From Azolla caroliniana (taxonomy: Eukaryota > Plantae > Polypodiophyta), in assembly GCA_043228905.1 (NCBI GenBank), contig JBHGNT010000085.1:32580-96579 (forward strand): a stretch of DNA of 64,000 nt, in the 5' to 3' direction. Position numbers and translations under genes: made by a program. The notes beneath the pieces were generated by a model, which worked only from the letters and a program-made list of their open reading frames with translations, was not told where the DNA came from and did not search any database. Shown one piece after another: positions 26,801 through 41,400 of the stretch (the stretch's first letter is position 1; each line of letters begins with the position of its first letter).

Positions 26801-27100
26801 GAAACTCAGATTAAGAGACATGACGAAATTACCAAATTTGAGGAGTGAGTTGAGAAGAGCTAGGAGGTAAATTAAAATGGTCATACCTGGCTCGTGTGAT
26901 ATCGAATTTTTGTGTTCAAACATGCGAATCGAAGATAACAACGCTAGCTATAATATGGAATTAAAAAATCAAGATTTTGAAACTCAGGTCGAGAGACATG
27001 ACGAAATTACCAAATTTCAGGAGTGAGTTGAGAGGAGCCCTTGAGTAAATGAAAATGTTCATACCTGGCTCGTATCATATCGGATTTTTGTGTTCAAACA
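23900..27100. repeat. 9-mer tandem duplication, 1601-bp period
   Basis: M at 24161 and 25762. Both copies carry the private variant GAGACAGGACG (~24330, ~25931), which I saw nowhere else. Confidence 0.88.
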
Positions 27101-28399
27101 TGCGAATCGAAGCTAACAACGCTAGCTATGATATGGAATTAAAAAATCAAGATTTTGAAACTCAGGTCGAGAGACATGACGAAATTACCAAATTTGAGGA
27201 GTGAGTTGAGAAGAGCTAGGAGGTAAATTAAAATGTTCATACCTGGCTCGTGTGATATCGAATTTTTGTGTTCAAACATGCGAATCGAAGCTAACAACAC
27301 TAGCTATGATATGGAATTAAAAAATCAAGATTTTGAAACTCCGGTCGAGAGACATGACGAAATTTCCAAATTTGAGGAGTGAGTTGAGAGGAGCCCTTGA
27401 GTAAATTAAAATGTTCATACCTGGCTCGTGTGATATCGGATTTTTGTGTTCAAACATGGGAATCGAAGCTAACAACGCTAGCTATGATATGGAATTAAAA
27501 AATCAAGATTTTGAAACTCAGATCAAGAGACATGACGAAATTACCAAATTTGAGGAGTGAGTTGAGAAGAGCTAGGAGGTAAATTGAAATGTTCATACCT
27601 GGCTCGTGTGATATCGAATTTTTGTGTTCAAACATGGGAATCGAAGATAACAACGCTAGCTATAATATGGAATTAAAAAATCAAGATTTTGAAACTCAGG
27701 TCGAGAGACATGACGAGATTACCAAATTTGAGGAGTCAGTTGAGAGGAGCCCTTGAGTAAATGAAAATGTTCATACCTGGCTCGTGTAATATCGGATTTT
27801 TGTGTTCAAACATGCGAATCGAAGCTAACAACGCTAGCTATGATATGGAATTAAAAATCAAGATTTTGAAACTCAGGTCGAGAGACATGACGAAATTACC
27901 AAATTTCAGGAGTGAGTTGAGAAGAGCCCTTGAGTAAATGAAAATGTTCATACCTGGCTCGTGTAATATCGGATTTTTGTGTTCAAACATGCGAATCGAA
28001 GCTAACAACGCTAGCTATGATATGGAATTAAAAAATCAAGATTTTGAAACTCAGGTCGAGAGACATGACGAAATTACCAAATTTGAGGAGTCACTTGAGA
28101 GGAGCCCTTGAGTAAATGAAAATGTTCATACCTGGCTCGTGTAATATCGGATTTTTGTGTTCAAACATGCGTATCGAAGCTAACAACGCTAGCTATGATA
28201 TGGAATTAAAAAATCAAGATTTTGAAACTCCGGTCGAGAGACATGACGAAATTTCCAAATTTGAGGAGTGAGTTGAGAGGAGCCCTTGAGTAAATTAAAA
28301 TGTTCATACCTGGCTCGTATCATATCGGATTTTTGTGTTCAAACATGCGAATCAAAGCTAACAACCCTAGCTATGATATGGAATTAAAAAATCAAGATT

Positions 28400-31300
28400 T
28401 TGAAACTCAGATCAAGAGACATGACGAAATTACCAAATTTGAGGAGTGAGTTGAGAAGAGCTAGGAGGTAAATTAAAATGGTCATACCTGGCTCGTGTGA
28501 TATCGGATTTTTGTGTTCAAACATGCGAATCGAAACTAACAACGCTAGCTATGATATGGAATTAAAAAATCAAGATTTTGAAATTCGGGTCGAGAGATAT
28601 GAAGAAATTAGGAAATTTGAGGAGCTAGTGGAGAAGAGCGGGTTAGTAAATTAAAATGTTCATACCTGGCTCGTGTGATATCGGATTTTTGTGTTGTAAA
28701 ATGCGAATCGAAGCTAACAACGTTAGCTATTATATGGAATGAAAAAATCAAGATTTTGAAACTCAGGTCGAGAGACATGACGAAATTTCCAAATTTGAGG
28801 AGTGAGTTGAGAGGAGCCCTTGAGTAAATTAAAATGTTCATACCTGGCTCGTGTGATATCGGATTTTTGTGTTCAAACATGGCAATCGAAGCTAACAACG
28901 GTAGCTATGATATGGAATTAAAAAATCAAGATTTTGAAACTCAGATCAAGAGACATGAGGAAATTACCAAATTTGAGGAGTGAGTTGAGAAGAGCTAGGA
29001 GGTAAATCAAAATGTTCATACCTGGCTCGTGTGATATCGAATTTTTGTGTTCAAACATGCGAATCGAAGATAACAACGCTAGCTATGATATGGAATTAAA
29101 AAATCAAGATTTTGAAACTCAGGTCGAGAGACATGACGAAATTACCAAATTTGAGGAGTGAGTTGAGAGGAGCCCTTGAGTAAATGAAAATGTTCATACC
29201 TGGCTCGTGTAATATCGGATTTTTGTGTTCAAACATGCGAATCGAAGCTAACAACGCTAGCTATGATATGGAATTAAAAATTAAGATTTTGAAACTCAGG
29301 TCGAGAGACATGACGAAATTACCAAATTTGAGGAGTGAGTTGAGAAGAGCCCTTGAGTAAATGAAAATGTTCATACCTGGCTCGTGTAATATCGGATTTT
29401 TGTGTTCAAACATGCGAATCGAAGCTAACAACGCTAGCTATGATATGGAATTAAAAAATCAAGATTTTGAAACTCAGGTCGAGAGACATGACGAAATTAC
29501 CAAATTTGAGGAGTGAGTTGAGAGGAGCCCTTGAGTAAATGAAAATGTTCATACCTGGCTCGTGTAATATCGGATTTTTGTGTTCAAACATGGCAATCGA
29601 AGCTAACAACGCTAGCTATGATATGGAATTAAAAAATCAAGATTTTGAAACTCCGGTCGAGAGACATGAGGAAATTACCAAATTTGAGGAGTGAGTTGAG
29701 AGGAGCCCTTGAGTAAATGAAAATGTTCATACCTGGCTCGTGTAATATCGGATTTTTGTGTTCAAACATGCGAATCGAAGCTAACAACGCTAGCTATGAT
29801 ATGGAATTAAAAATTAAGATTTTGAAACTCAGGTCGAGAGACATGACGAAATTTCCAAATTTGAGGAGTGAGTTGAGAGGAGCCCTTGAGTAAATTAAAA
29901 TGTTCATACCTGGCTCGTGTGATATCGGATTTTTGTGTTCAAACATGGCAATCGAAGCTAACAACGCTAGCTATGATATGGAATTAAAAAATCAAGATTT
30001 TGAAACTCAGATCAAGAGACATGAGGAAATTACCAAATTTGAGGAGTGAGTTGAGAAGAGCTAGGAGGTAAATCAAAATGTTCATACCTGGCTCGTGTGA
30101 TATCGAATTTTTGTGTTCAAACATGCGAATCGAAGATAACAACGCTAGCTATGATATGGAATTAAAAAATCAAGATTTTGAAACTCCGGTCGAGAGACAT
30201 GACGAAATTTCCAAATTTGAGGAGTGAGTTGAGAGGAGCCCTTGAGTAAATTAAAATGTTCATACCTGGCTCGTGTGATATCGGATTTTTGTGTTCAAAC
30301 ATGCGAATCGAAGCTAACAACGCTAGCTATGATATGGAATTAAAAAATACAGATTTTGAAACTCAGATCAAGAGACATGACGAAATTACCAAATTTGAGG
30401 AGTGAGTTGAGAAGAGCTAGGAGGTAAATTAAAATGGTCATACCTGGCTCGTGTGATATCGAATTTTTGTGTTCAAACATGCGAATCGAAGATAACAACG
30501 CTAGCTATAATATGGAATTAAAAAATCAAGATTTTGAAACTCAGGTCGAGAGACATGACGAAATTACCAAATTTCAGGAGTGAGTTGAGAGGAGCCCTTG
30601 AGTAAATGAAAATGTTCATACCTGGCTCGTATCATATCGGATTTTTGTGTTCAAACATGCGAATCGAAGCTAACAACGCTAGCTATGATATGGAATTAAA
30701 AAATCAAGATTTTGAAACTCAGGTCGAGAGACATGACGAAATTACCAAATTTGAGGAGTGAGTTGAGAAGAGCTAGGAGGTAAATTAAAATGTTCATACC
30801 TGGCTCGTGTGATATCGAATTTTTGTGTTCAAACATGCGAATCGAAGCTAACAACACTAGCTATGATATGGAATTAAAAAATCAAGATTTTGAAACTCCG
30901 GTCGAGAGACATGACGAAATTTCCAAATTTGAGGAGTGAGTTGAGAAGAGCTAGGAGGTAAATTAAAATGTTCATACCTGGCTCGTGTGATATCGGATTT
31001 TTGTGTTCAAACATGCGAATCGAAACTAACAACGCTAGCTATGATATGGAATTAAAAAATCAAGATTTTGAAATTCGGGTCGAGACATATGAAGAAATTA
31101 GGAAATTTGAGGAGCTAGTGGAGAAGAGCGGGTTAGTAAATTAAAATGTTCATACCTGGCTCGTGTGATATCGGATTTTTGTGTTGGAAAATGCGAATCG
31201 AAGCTAACAACGTTAGCTATTATATGGAATGAAAAAATCAAGATTTTGAAACTCAGGTCGAGAGACATGACGAAATTTCCAAATTTGAGGAGTGAGTTGA

Positions 31301-34300
31301 GAGGAGCCCTTGAGTAAATTAAAATGTTCATACCTGGCTCGTGTGATATCGGATTTTTGTGTTCAAACATGGCAATCGAAGCTAACAACGCTAGCTATGA
31401 TATGGAATTAAAAAATACAGATTTTGAAACTCAGATCAAGAGACATGAGGAAATTACCAAATTTGAGGAGTGAGTTGAGAAGAGCTAGGAGGTAAATCAA
31501 AATGTTCATACCTGGCTCGTGTGATATCGAATTTTTGTGTTCAAACATGCGAATCGAAGATAACAACGCTAGCTATAATATGGAATTAAAAAATCAAGAT
31601 TTTGAAACTCAGGTCGAGAGACATGACGAAATTACCAAATTTCAGGAGTGAGTTGAGAGGAGCCCTTGAGTAAATGAAAATGTTCATACCTGGCTCGTAT
31701 CATATCGGATTTTTGTGTTCAAACATGCGAATCGAAGCTAACAACGCTAGCTATGATATGGAATTAAAAAATCAAGATTTTGAAACTCAGGTCGAGAGAC
31801 ATGACGAAATTACCAAATTTGAGGAGTGAGTTGAGAAGAGCTAGGAGGTAAATTAAAATGTTCATACCTGGCTCGTGTGATATCGAATTTTTGTGTTCAA
31901 ACATGCGAATCGAAGCTAACAACACTAGCTATGATATGGAATTAAAAAATCAAGATTTTGAAACTCCGGTCGAGAGACATGACGAAATTTCCAAATTTGA
32001 GGAGTGAGTTGAGAGGAGCCCTTGAGTAAATTAAAATGTTCATACCTGGCTCGTGTGATATCGGATTTTTGTGTTCAAACATGGGAATCGAAGCTAACAA
32101 CGCTAGCTATGATATGGAATTAAAAAATCAAGATTTTGAAACTCAGATCAAGAGACATGACGAAATTACCAAATTTGAGGAGTGAGTTGAGAAGAGCTAG
32201 GAGGTAAATTGAAATGTTCATACCTGGCTCGTGTGATATCGAATTTTTGTGTTCAAACATGGGAATCGAAGATAACAACGCTAGCTATAATATGGAATTA
32301 AAAAATCAAGATTTTGAAACTCAGGTCGAGAGACATGACGAGATTACCAAATTTGAGGAGTCAGTTGAGAGGAGCCCTTGAGTAAATGAAAATGTTCATA
32401 CCTGGCTCGTGTAATATCGGATTTTTGTGTTCAAACATGCGAATCGAAGCTAACAACGCTAGCTATGATATGGAATTAAAAATCAAGATTTTGAAACTCA
32501 GGTCGAGAGACATGACGAAATTACCAAATTTCAGGAGTGAGTTGAGAAGAGCCCTTGAGTAAATGAAAATGTTCATACCTGGCTCGTGTAATATCGGATT
32601 TTTGTGTTCAAACATGCGAATCGAAGCTAACAACGCTAGCTATGATATGGAATTAAAAAATCAAGATTTTGAAACTCAGGTCGAGAGACATGACGAAATT
32701 ACCAAATTTGAGGAGTCACTTGAGAGGAGCCCTTGAGTAAATGAAAATGTTCATACCTGGCTCGTGTAATATCGGATTTTTGTGTTCAAACATGCGTATC
32801 GAAGCTAACAACGCTAGCTATGATATGGAATTAAAAAATCAAGATTTTGAAACTCCGGTCGAGAGACATGACGAAATTTCCAAATTTGAGGAGTGAGTTG
32901 AGAGGAGCCCTTGAGTAAATTAAAATGTTCATACCTGGCTCGTATCATATCGGATTTTTGTGTTCAAACATGCGAATCAAAGCTAACAACCCTAGCTATG
33001 ATATGGAATTAAAAAATCAAGATTTTGAAACTCAGGTCGAGAGACATGACGAAATTACCAAATTTGAGGAGTGAGTTGAGAAGAGCTAGGAGGTAAATTA
33101 AAATGTTCATACCTGGCTCGTGTGATATCAAATTCTTGTGTTCAAACATGCGAATCGAAGCTAACAACGCTAGCTATGATATGGAATTAAAAAATCAAGA
33201 TTTTGAAACTCCGGTCGAGAGACATGACGAAAGTTCCAAATTTGAGGAGTGAGTTGAGAGGAGCCCTTGAGTAAATTAAAATGTTCATACCTGGCTCGTG
33301 TGATATCGGATTTTTGTGTTCAAACATGGGAATCGAAGCTAACAACGCTAGCTATGATATGGAATTAAAAAATCAAGATTTTGAAACTCAGATCAAGAGA
33401 CATGACGAAATTACCAAATTTGAGGAGTGAGTTGAGAAGAGCTAGGAGGTAAATTAAAATGGTCATACCTGGCTCGTGTGATATCGGATTTTTGTGTTCA
33501 AACATGCGAATCGAAACTAACAACGCTAGCTATGATATGGAATTAAAAAATCAAGATTTTGAAATTCGGGTCGAGAGATATGAAGAAATTAGGAAATTTG
33601 AGGAGCTAGTGGAGAAGAGCGGGTTAGTAAATTAAAATGTTCATACCTGGCTCGTGTGATATCGGATTTTTGTGTTGTAAAATGCGAATCGAAGCTAACA
33701 ACGTTAGCTATTATATGGAATGAAAAAATCAAGATTTTGAAACTCAGGTCGAGAGACATGACGAAATTTCCAAATTTGAGGAGTGAGTTGAGAGGAGCCC
33801 TTGAGTAAATTAAAATGTTCATACCTGGCTCGTGTGATATCGGATTTTTGTGTTCAAACATGGCAATCGAAGCTAACAACGCTAGCTATGATATGGAATT
33901 AAAAAATCAAGATTTTGAAACTCAGATCAAGAGACATGAGGAAATTACCAAATTTGAGGAGTGAGTTGAGAAGAGCTAGGAGGTAAATCAAAATGTTCAT
34001 ACCTGGCTCGTGTGATATCGAATTTTTGTGTTCAAACATGCGAATCGAAGATAACAACGCTAGCTATGATATGGAATTAAAAAATCAAGATTTTGAAACT
34101 CAGGTCGAGAGACATGACGAAATTACCAAATTTGAGGAGTGAGTTGAGAGGAGCCCTTGAGTAAATGAAAATGTTCATACCTGGCTCGTGTAATATCGGA
34201 TTTTTGTGTTCAAACATGCGAATCGAAGCTAACAACGCTAGCTATGACATGGAATTAAAAATTAAGATTTTGAAACTCAGGTCGAGAGACATGACGAAAT

Positions 34301-35450
34301 TACCAAATTTGAGGAGTGAGTTGAGAAGAGCCCTTGAGTAAATGAAAATGTTCATACCTGGCTCGTGTAATATCGGATTTTTGTGTTCAAACATGCGAAT
34401 CGAAGCTAACAACGCTAGCTATGATATGGAATTAAAAAATCAAGATTTTGAAACTCAGGTCGAGAGACATGACGAAATTACCAAATTTGAGGAGTGAGTT
34501 GAGAGGAGCCCTTGAGTAAATGAAAATGTTCATACCTGGCTCGTGTAATATCGGATTTTTGTGTTCAAACATGGCAATCGAAGCTAACAACGCTAGCTAT
34601 GATATGGAATTAAAAAATCAAGATTTTGAAACTCCGGTCGAGAGACATGAGGAAATTACCAAATTTGAGGAGTGAGTTGAGAGGAGCCCTTGAGTAAATG
34701 AAAATGTTCATACCTGGCTCGTGTAATATCGGATTTTTGTGTTCAAACATGCGAATCGAAGCTAACAACGCTAGCTATGATATGGAATTAAAAATTAAGA
34801 TTTTGAAACTCAGGTCGAGAGACATGACGAAATTTCCAAATTTGAGGAGTGAGTTGAGAGGAGCCCTTGAGTAAATTAAAATGTTCATACCTGGCTCGTG
34901 TGATATCGGATTTTTGTGTTCAAACATGGCAATCGAAGCTAACAACGCTAGCTATGATATGGAATTAAAAAATCAAGATTTTGAAACTCAGATCAAGAGA
35001 CATGAGGAAATTACCAAATTTGAGGAGTGAGTTGAGAAGAGCTAGGAGGTAAATCAAAATGTTCATACCTGGCTCGTGTGATATCGAATTTTTGTGTTCA
35101 AACATGCGAATCGAAGATAACAACGCTAGCTATGATATGGAATTAAAAAATCAAGATTTTGAAACTCCGGTCGAGAGACATGACGAAATTTCCAAATTTG
35201 AGGAGTGAGTTGAGAGGAGCCCTTGAGTAAATTAAAATGTTCATACCTGGCTCGTGTGATATCGGATTTTTGTGTTCAAACATGCGAATCGAAGCTAACA
35301 ACGCTAGCTATGATATGGAATTAAAAAATACAGATTTTGAAACTCAGATCAAGAGACATGACGAAATTACCAAATTTGAGGAGTGAGTTGAGAAGAGCTA
35401 GGAGGTAAATTAAAATGGTCATACCTGGCTCGTGTGATATCGAATTTTTG
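28400..35450. repeat. 28-mer HOR (14+14 monomers, 4981-bp period), ~1.4 copies
   Basis: M(GT) 28608, M(GG) 31098, M(GT) 33589. Downstream variants match at offset 4981 (AAATACAG ~30348/~35329; AATGGTCA ~30433/~35414). Confidence 0.82.
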
Positions 35451-38400
35451 TGTTCAAACATGCGAATCGAAGCTAACAACGTTAGCTATTATATGGAATG
35501 AAAAAATCAAGATTTTGAAACTCAGGTCGAGAGACATGACGAAATTACCAAATTTGAGGAGTGAGTTGAGAGGAGCCCTTGAGTAAATGAAAATGTTCAT
35601 ACCTGGCTCGTGTAATATCGGATTTTTGTGTTCAAACATGCGAATCGAAGCTAACAACGCTAGCTATGATATGGAATTAAGAAAACAAGATTTTGAAACT
35701 CAGGTCGAGAGACATGACGAAATTACCAAATTTGAGGAGTGAGTTGAGAAGAGCCCTTGAGTAAATGAAAATGTTCATACCTGGCTCGTGTAATATCGGA
35801 TTTTTGTGTTCAAACATGCGAATCGAAGATAACAACGCTAGCTATGATATGGAATTAAAAAATCAAGATTTTGAAACTCAGGTCGAGAGACATAATCAAA
35901 TTACCAAATTTGAGGAGTGAGTTGAGAGGAGCTAGGAGGTAAATTAAATAGTTCATACCTGGCTGGTGTGATATCGGATTTTTGTGTTCAAACATGCGAA
36001 TCGAAGATAACAACACTACCTATGATATGGAATTAAAAAATCAAAATTTTGAAACTCAGGTCGAGAGACATGACGAAATTACCAAATTTGAGCAGTGACT
36101 TGAGAGGAGCCCTTGAGTAAATGAAAATATTCATACCTGGCTCGTGTAATATCGGATTTTTGTGTTCAAACATGCGAATCGAAGCTAACAACGCTAGCTA
36201 TGATATGGAATTAAAAAATCAAGATTTTGAAACTCAGGTCGAGAGACATGACGAAATTACCAAATTTGAGGAGTGAGTTGAGAAGAGCTAGGAGGTAAAT
36301 TAAAATGGTCATACCTGGCTCGTGTGATATCGGATTTTTGTGTTCAAACATGCGAATCGAAACTAACAACGCTAGCTATGATATGGAATTAAAAAATCAA
36401 GATTTTGAAATTTGGGTCGAGAGATATGAAGAAATTAGGAAATTTGAGGAGTGAGTTGAGAGGAGCCCTTGAGTAAATGAAAATGTTCATACCTGGCTCG
36501 TGTAATATCGGATTTTTGTGTTCAAACATGGCAATCGAAGCTAACAACGCTAGCTATGATATGGAATTAAAAAATCAAGATTTTGAAACTCAGATCAAGA
36601 GACATGAGGAAATTACCAAATTTGAGGAGTGAGTTGAGAAGAGCTAGGAGGTAAATCAAAATGTTCATACCTGGCTCGTGTGATATCGAATTTTTGTGTT
36701 CAAACATGCGAATCGAAGCTAACAACGCTAGCTATGATATGGAATTAAAAAATCAAGATTTTGAAACTCAGGTCGAGAGACATGACGAAATTACCAAATT
36801 TGAGGAGTGAGTTGAGAAGAGCTAGGAGGTAAATTAAAATGGTCATACCTGGCTCGTGTGATATCGGATTTTTGTGTTCAAACATGCGAATCGAAGATAA
36901 CAACGCTAGCTATAATATGGAATTAAAAAATCAAGATTTTGAAACTCAGGTCGAGAGACATGACGAAATTACCAAATTTGAGGAGTGAGTTGAGAGGAGC
37001 CCTTGAGTAAATGAAAATGTTCATACCTGGCTCGTGTAATATCGGATTTTTGTGTTCAAACATGCGAATCGAAGCTAACAACGCTAGCTATGATATGGAA
37101 TTAAAAATTAAGATTTTGAAACTCAGGTCGAGAGACATGACGAAATTACCAAATTTGAGGAGTGAGTTGAGAAGAGCCCTTGAGTAAATGAAAATGTTCA
37201 TACCTGGCTCGTGTAATATCGGATTTTTGTGTTCAAACATGCGAATCGAAGCTAACAACGGTAGCTATGATATGGAATTAAAAAATCAAGATTTTGAAAC
37301 TCAGGTCGAGAGACATGACGAAATTACCAAATTTGAGGAGTGACTTGAGAGGAGCCCTTGAGTAAATGAAAATGTTCATACCTGGCTCGTGTAATATCGG
37401 ATTTTTGTGTTCAAACATGCGTATCGAAGCTAACAACGCTAGCTATGATATGGAATTAAAAAATCAAGATTTTGAAACTCCGGTCGAGAGACATGACGAA
37501 ATTTCCAAATTTGAGGAGTGAGTTGAGAGGAGCCCTTGAGTAAATTAAAATGTTCATACCTGGCTCGTATCATATCGGATTTTTGTGTTCAAACATGCGA
37601 ATCAAAGCTAACAACCCTAGCTATGATATGGAATTAAAAAATCAAGATTTTGAAACTCAGGTCGAGAGACATGACGAAATTACCAAATTTGAGGAGTGAG
37701 TTGAGAAGAGCTAGGAGGTAAATTAAAATGTTCATACCTGGCTCGTGTGATATCGAATTCTTGTGTTCAAACATGCGAATCGAAGCTAACAACGCTAGCT
37801 ATGATATGGAATTAAAAAATCAAGATTTTGAAACTCCGGTCGAGAGACATGACGAAAGTTCCAAATTTGAGGAGTGAGTTGAGAGGAGCCCTTGAGTAAA
37901 TTAAAATGTTCATACCTGGCTCGTGTGATATCGGATTTTTGTGTTCAAACATGGGAATCGAAGCTAACAACGCTAGCTATGATATGGAATTAAAAAATAA
38001 ATATTTTGAAACTCAGATCAAGAGACATGACGAAATTACCAAATTTGAGGAGTGAGTTGAGAAGAGCTAGGAGGTAAATTAAAATGGTCATACCTGGCTC
38101 GTGTGATATCGGATTTTTGTGTTCAAACATGCGAATCGAAACTAACAACGCTAGCTATGATATGGAATTAAAAAATCAAGATTTTGAAATTCGGGTCGAG
38201 AGATATGAAGAAATTAGGAAATTTGAGGAGCTAGTGGAGAAGAGCGGGTTAGTAAATTAAAATGTTCATACCTGGCTCGTGTGATATCGGATTTTTGTGT
38301 TGTAAAATGCGAATCGAAGCTAACAACGTTAGCTATTATATGGAATGAAAAAATCAAGATTTTGAAACTCAGGTCGAGAGACATGACGAAATTTCCAAAT

Positions 38401-41400
38401 TTGAGGAGTGAGTTGAGAGGAGCCCTTGAGTAAATTAAAATGTTCATACCTGGCTCGTGTGATATCGGATTTTTGTGTTCAAACATGGCAATCGAAGCTA
38501 ACAACGCTAGCTATGATATGGAATTAAAAAATCAAGATTTTGAAACTCAGATCAAGAGACATGAGGAAATTACCAAATTTGAGGAGTGAGTTGAGAAGAG
38601 CTAGGAGGTAAATCAAAATGTTCATACCTGGCTCGTGTGATATCGAATTTTTGTGTTCAAACATGCGAATCGAAGATAACAACGCTAGCTATAATATGGA
38701 ATTAAAAAATCAAGATTTTGAAACTCAGGTCGAGAGACATGACGAAATTACCAAATTTGAGGAGTGAGTTGAGAGGAGCCCTTGAGTAAATGAAAATGTT
38801 CATACCTGGCTCGTGTAATATCGGATTTTTGTGTTCAAACATGCGAATCGAAGCTAACAACGCTAGCTATGATATGGAATTAAAAATTAAGATTTTGAAA
38901 CTCAGGTCGAGAGACATGACGAAATTACCAAATTTGAGGAGTGAGTTGAGAAGAGCCCTTGAGTAAATGAAAATGTTCATACCTGGCTCGTGTAATATCG
39001 GATTTTTGTGTTCAAACATGCGAATCGAAGCTAACAACGCTAGCTATGATATGGAATTAAAAAATCAAGATTTTGAAACTCAGGTCGAGAGACATGACGA
39101 AATTACCAAATTTGAGGAGTGACTTGAGAGGAGCCCTTGAGTAAATGAAAATGTTCATACCTGGCTCGTGTAATATCGGATTTTTGTGTTCAAACATGCG
39201 TATCGAAGCTAACAACGCTAGCTATGATATGGAATTAAAAAATCAAGATTTTGAAACTCAGGTCGAGAGACATGACGAAATTACCAAATTTGAGGAGTGA
39301 CTTGAGAGGAGCCCTTGAGTAAATGAAAATGTTCATACCTGGCTCGTGTAATATCGGATTTTTGTGTTCAAACATGCGTATCGAAGCTAACAACGCTAGC
39401 TATGATATGGAATTAAAAAATCAAGATTTTGAAACTCCGGTCGAGAGACATGACGAAATTTCCAAATTTGAGGAGTGAGTTGAGAGGAGCCCTTGAGTAA
39501 ATTAAAATGTTCATACCTGGCTCGTATCATATCGGATTTTTGTGTTCAAACATGCGAATCAAAGCTAGAAAACCCTAGCTATGATATGGAATTAAAAAAT
39601 CAAGATTTTGAAACTCAGGTCGAGAGACATGACGAAATTACCAAATTTGAGGAGTGAGTTGAGAAGAGCTAGGAGGTAAATTAAAATGTTCATACCTGGC
39701 TCGTGTGATATCGAATTCTTGTGTTCAAACATGCGAATCGAAGCTAACAACGCTAGCTATGATATGGAATTAAAAAATCAAGATTTTGAAAATCCGGTCG
39801 AGAGACATGACGAAATTTCCAAATTTGAGGAGTGAGTTGAGAGGAGCCCTTGAGTAAATTAAAATGTTCATACCTGGCTCGTGTGATATCGGATTTTTGT
39901 GTTCAAACATGGGAATCGAAGCTAACAACGCTAGCTATGATATGGAATTAAAAAATCAAGATTTTGAAACTCAGATCAAGAGACATGACGAAATTACCAA
40001 ATTTGAGGAGTGAGTTGAGAAGAGCTAGGAGGTAAATTAAAATGGTCATACCTGGCTCGTGTGATATCGAATTTCTGTGTTCAAACATGCGAATCGAAGC
40101 TAACAACGTTAGCTATTATATGGAATGAAAAAATCAAGATTTTGAAACTCAGGTCGAGAGACATGACGAAATTACCAAATTTGAGGAGTCAGTTGAGAGG
40201 AGCCCTTGAGTAAATGAAAATGTTCATACCTGGCTCGTGTAATATCGGATTTTTGTGTTCAAACATGCGAATCGAAGCTAACAACGCTAGCTATGATATG
40301 GAATTAAAAATCAAGATTTTGAAACTCAGGTCGAGAGACATGACGAAATTACCAAATTTGAGGAGTGAGTTGAGAAGAGCCCTTGAGTAAATGAAAATGT
40401 TCATACCTGGCTCGTGTAATATCGGATTTTTGTGTTCAAACATGCGAATCGAAGATAACAACGCTAGCTATGATATGGAATTAAAAAATCAAGATTTTGA
40501 AACTCAGGTCGAGAGACATAATCAAATTACCAAATTTGAGGAGTGAGTTGAGAGGAGCTAGGAGGTAAATTAAATAGTTCATACCTGGCTGGTGTGATAT
40601 CGGATTTTTGTGTTCAAACATGCGAATCGAAGATAACAACACTACCTATGATATGGAATTAAAAAATCAAAATTTTGAAACTCAGGTCGAGAGACATGAC
40701 GAAATTACCAAATTTGAGCAGTGACTTGAGAGGAGCCCTTGAGTAAATGAAAATATTCATACCTGGCTCGTGTAATATCGGATTTTTGTGTTCAAACATG
40801 CGAATCGAAGCTAACAACGCTAGCTATGATATGGAATTAAAAAATCAAGATTTTGAAACTGAGGTCGAGAGACATGACGAAATTACCAAATTTGAGGAGT
40901 GAGTTGAGAAGAGCTAGGAGGTAAATTAAAATGTTCATACCTGGCTCGTGTGATATCGGATTTTTGTGTTCAAACATGCGAATCGAAACTAACAACGCTA
41001 GCTATGATATGGAATTAAAAAATCAAGATTTTGAAACTCAGGTCGAGAGACATGACGAAATTACCAAATTTGAGGAGTGAGTTGAGAAGAGCCCTTGAGT
41101 AAATGAAAATGTTCATACCTGGCTCGTGTAATATCGGATTTTTGTGTTCAAACATGCGAATCGAAGATAACAACGCTAGCTATAATATGGAATTAAAAAA
41201 TCAAGATTTTGAAACTCAGGTCGAGAGACATGACGAAATTACCAAATTTGAGGAGTGAGTTGAGAGGAGCCCTTGAGTAAATGAAAATGTTCATACCTGG
41301 CTCGTGTAATATCGGATTTTTGTGTTCAAACATGCGAATCGAAGCTAACAACGCTAGCTATGATATGGAATTAAAAATCAAGATTTTGAAACTCAGGTCG

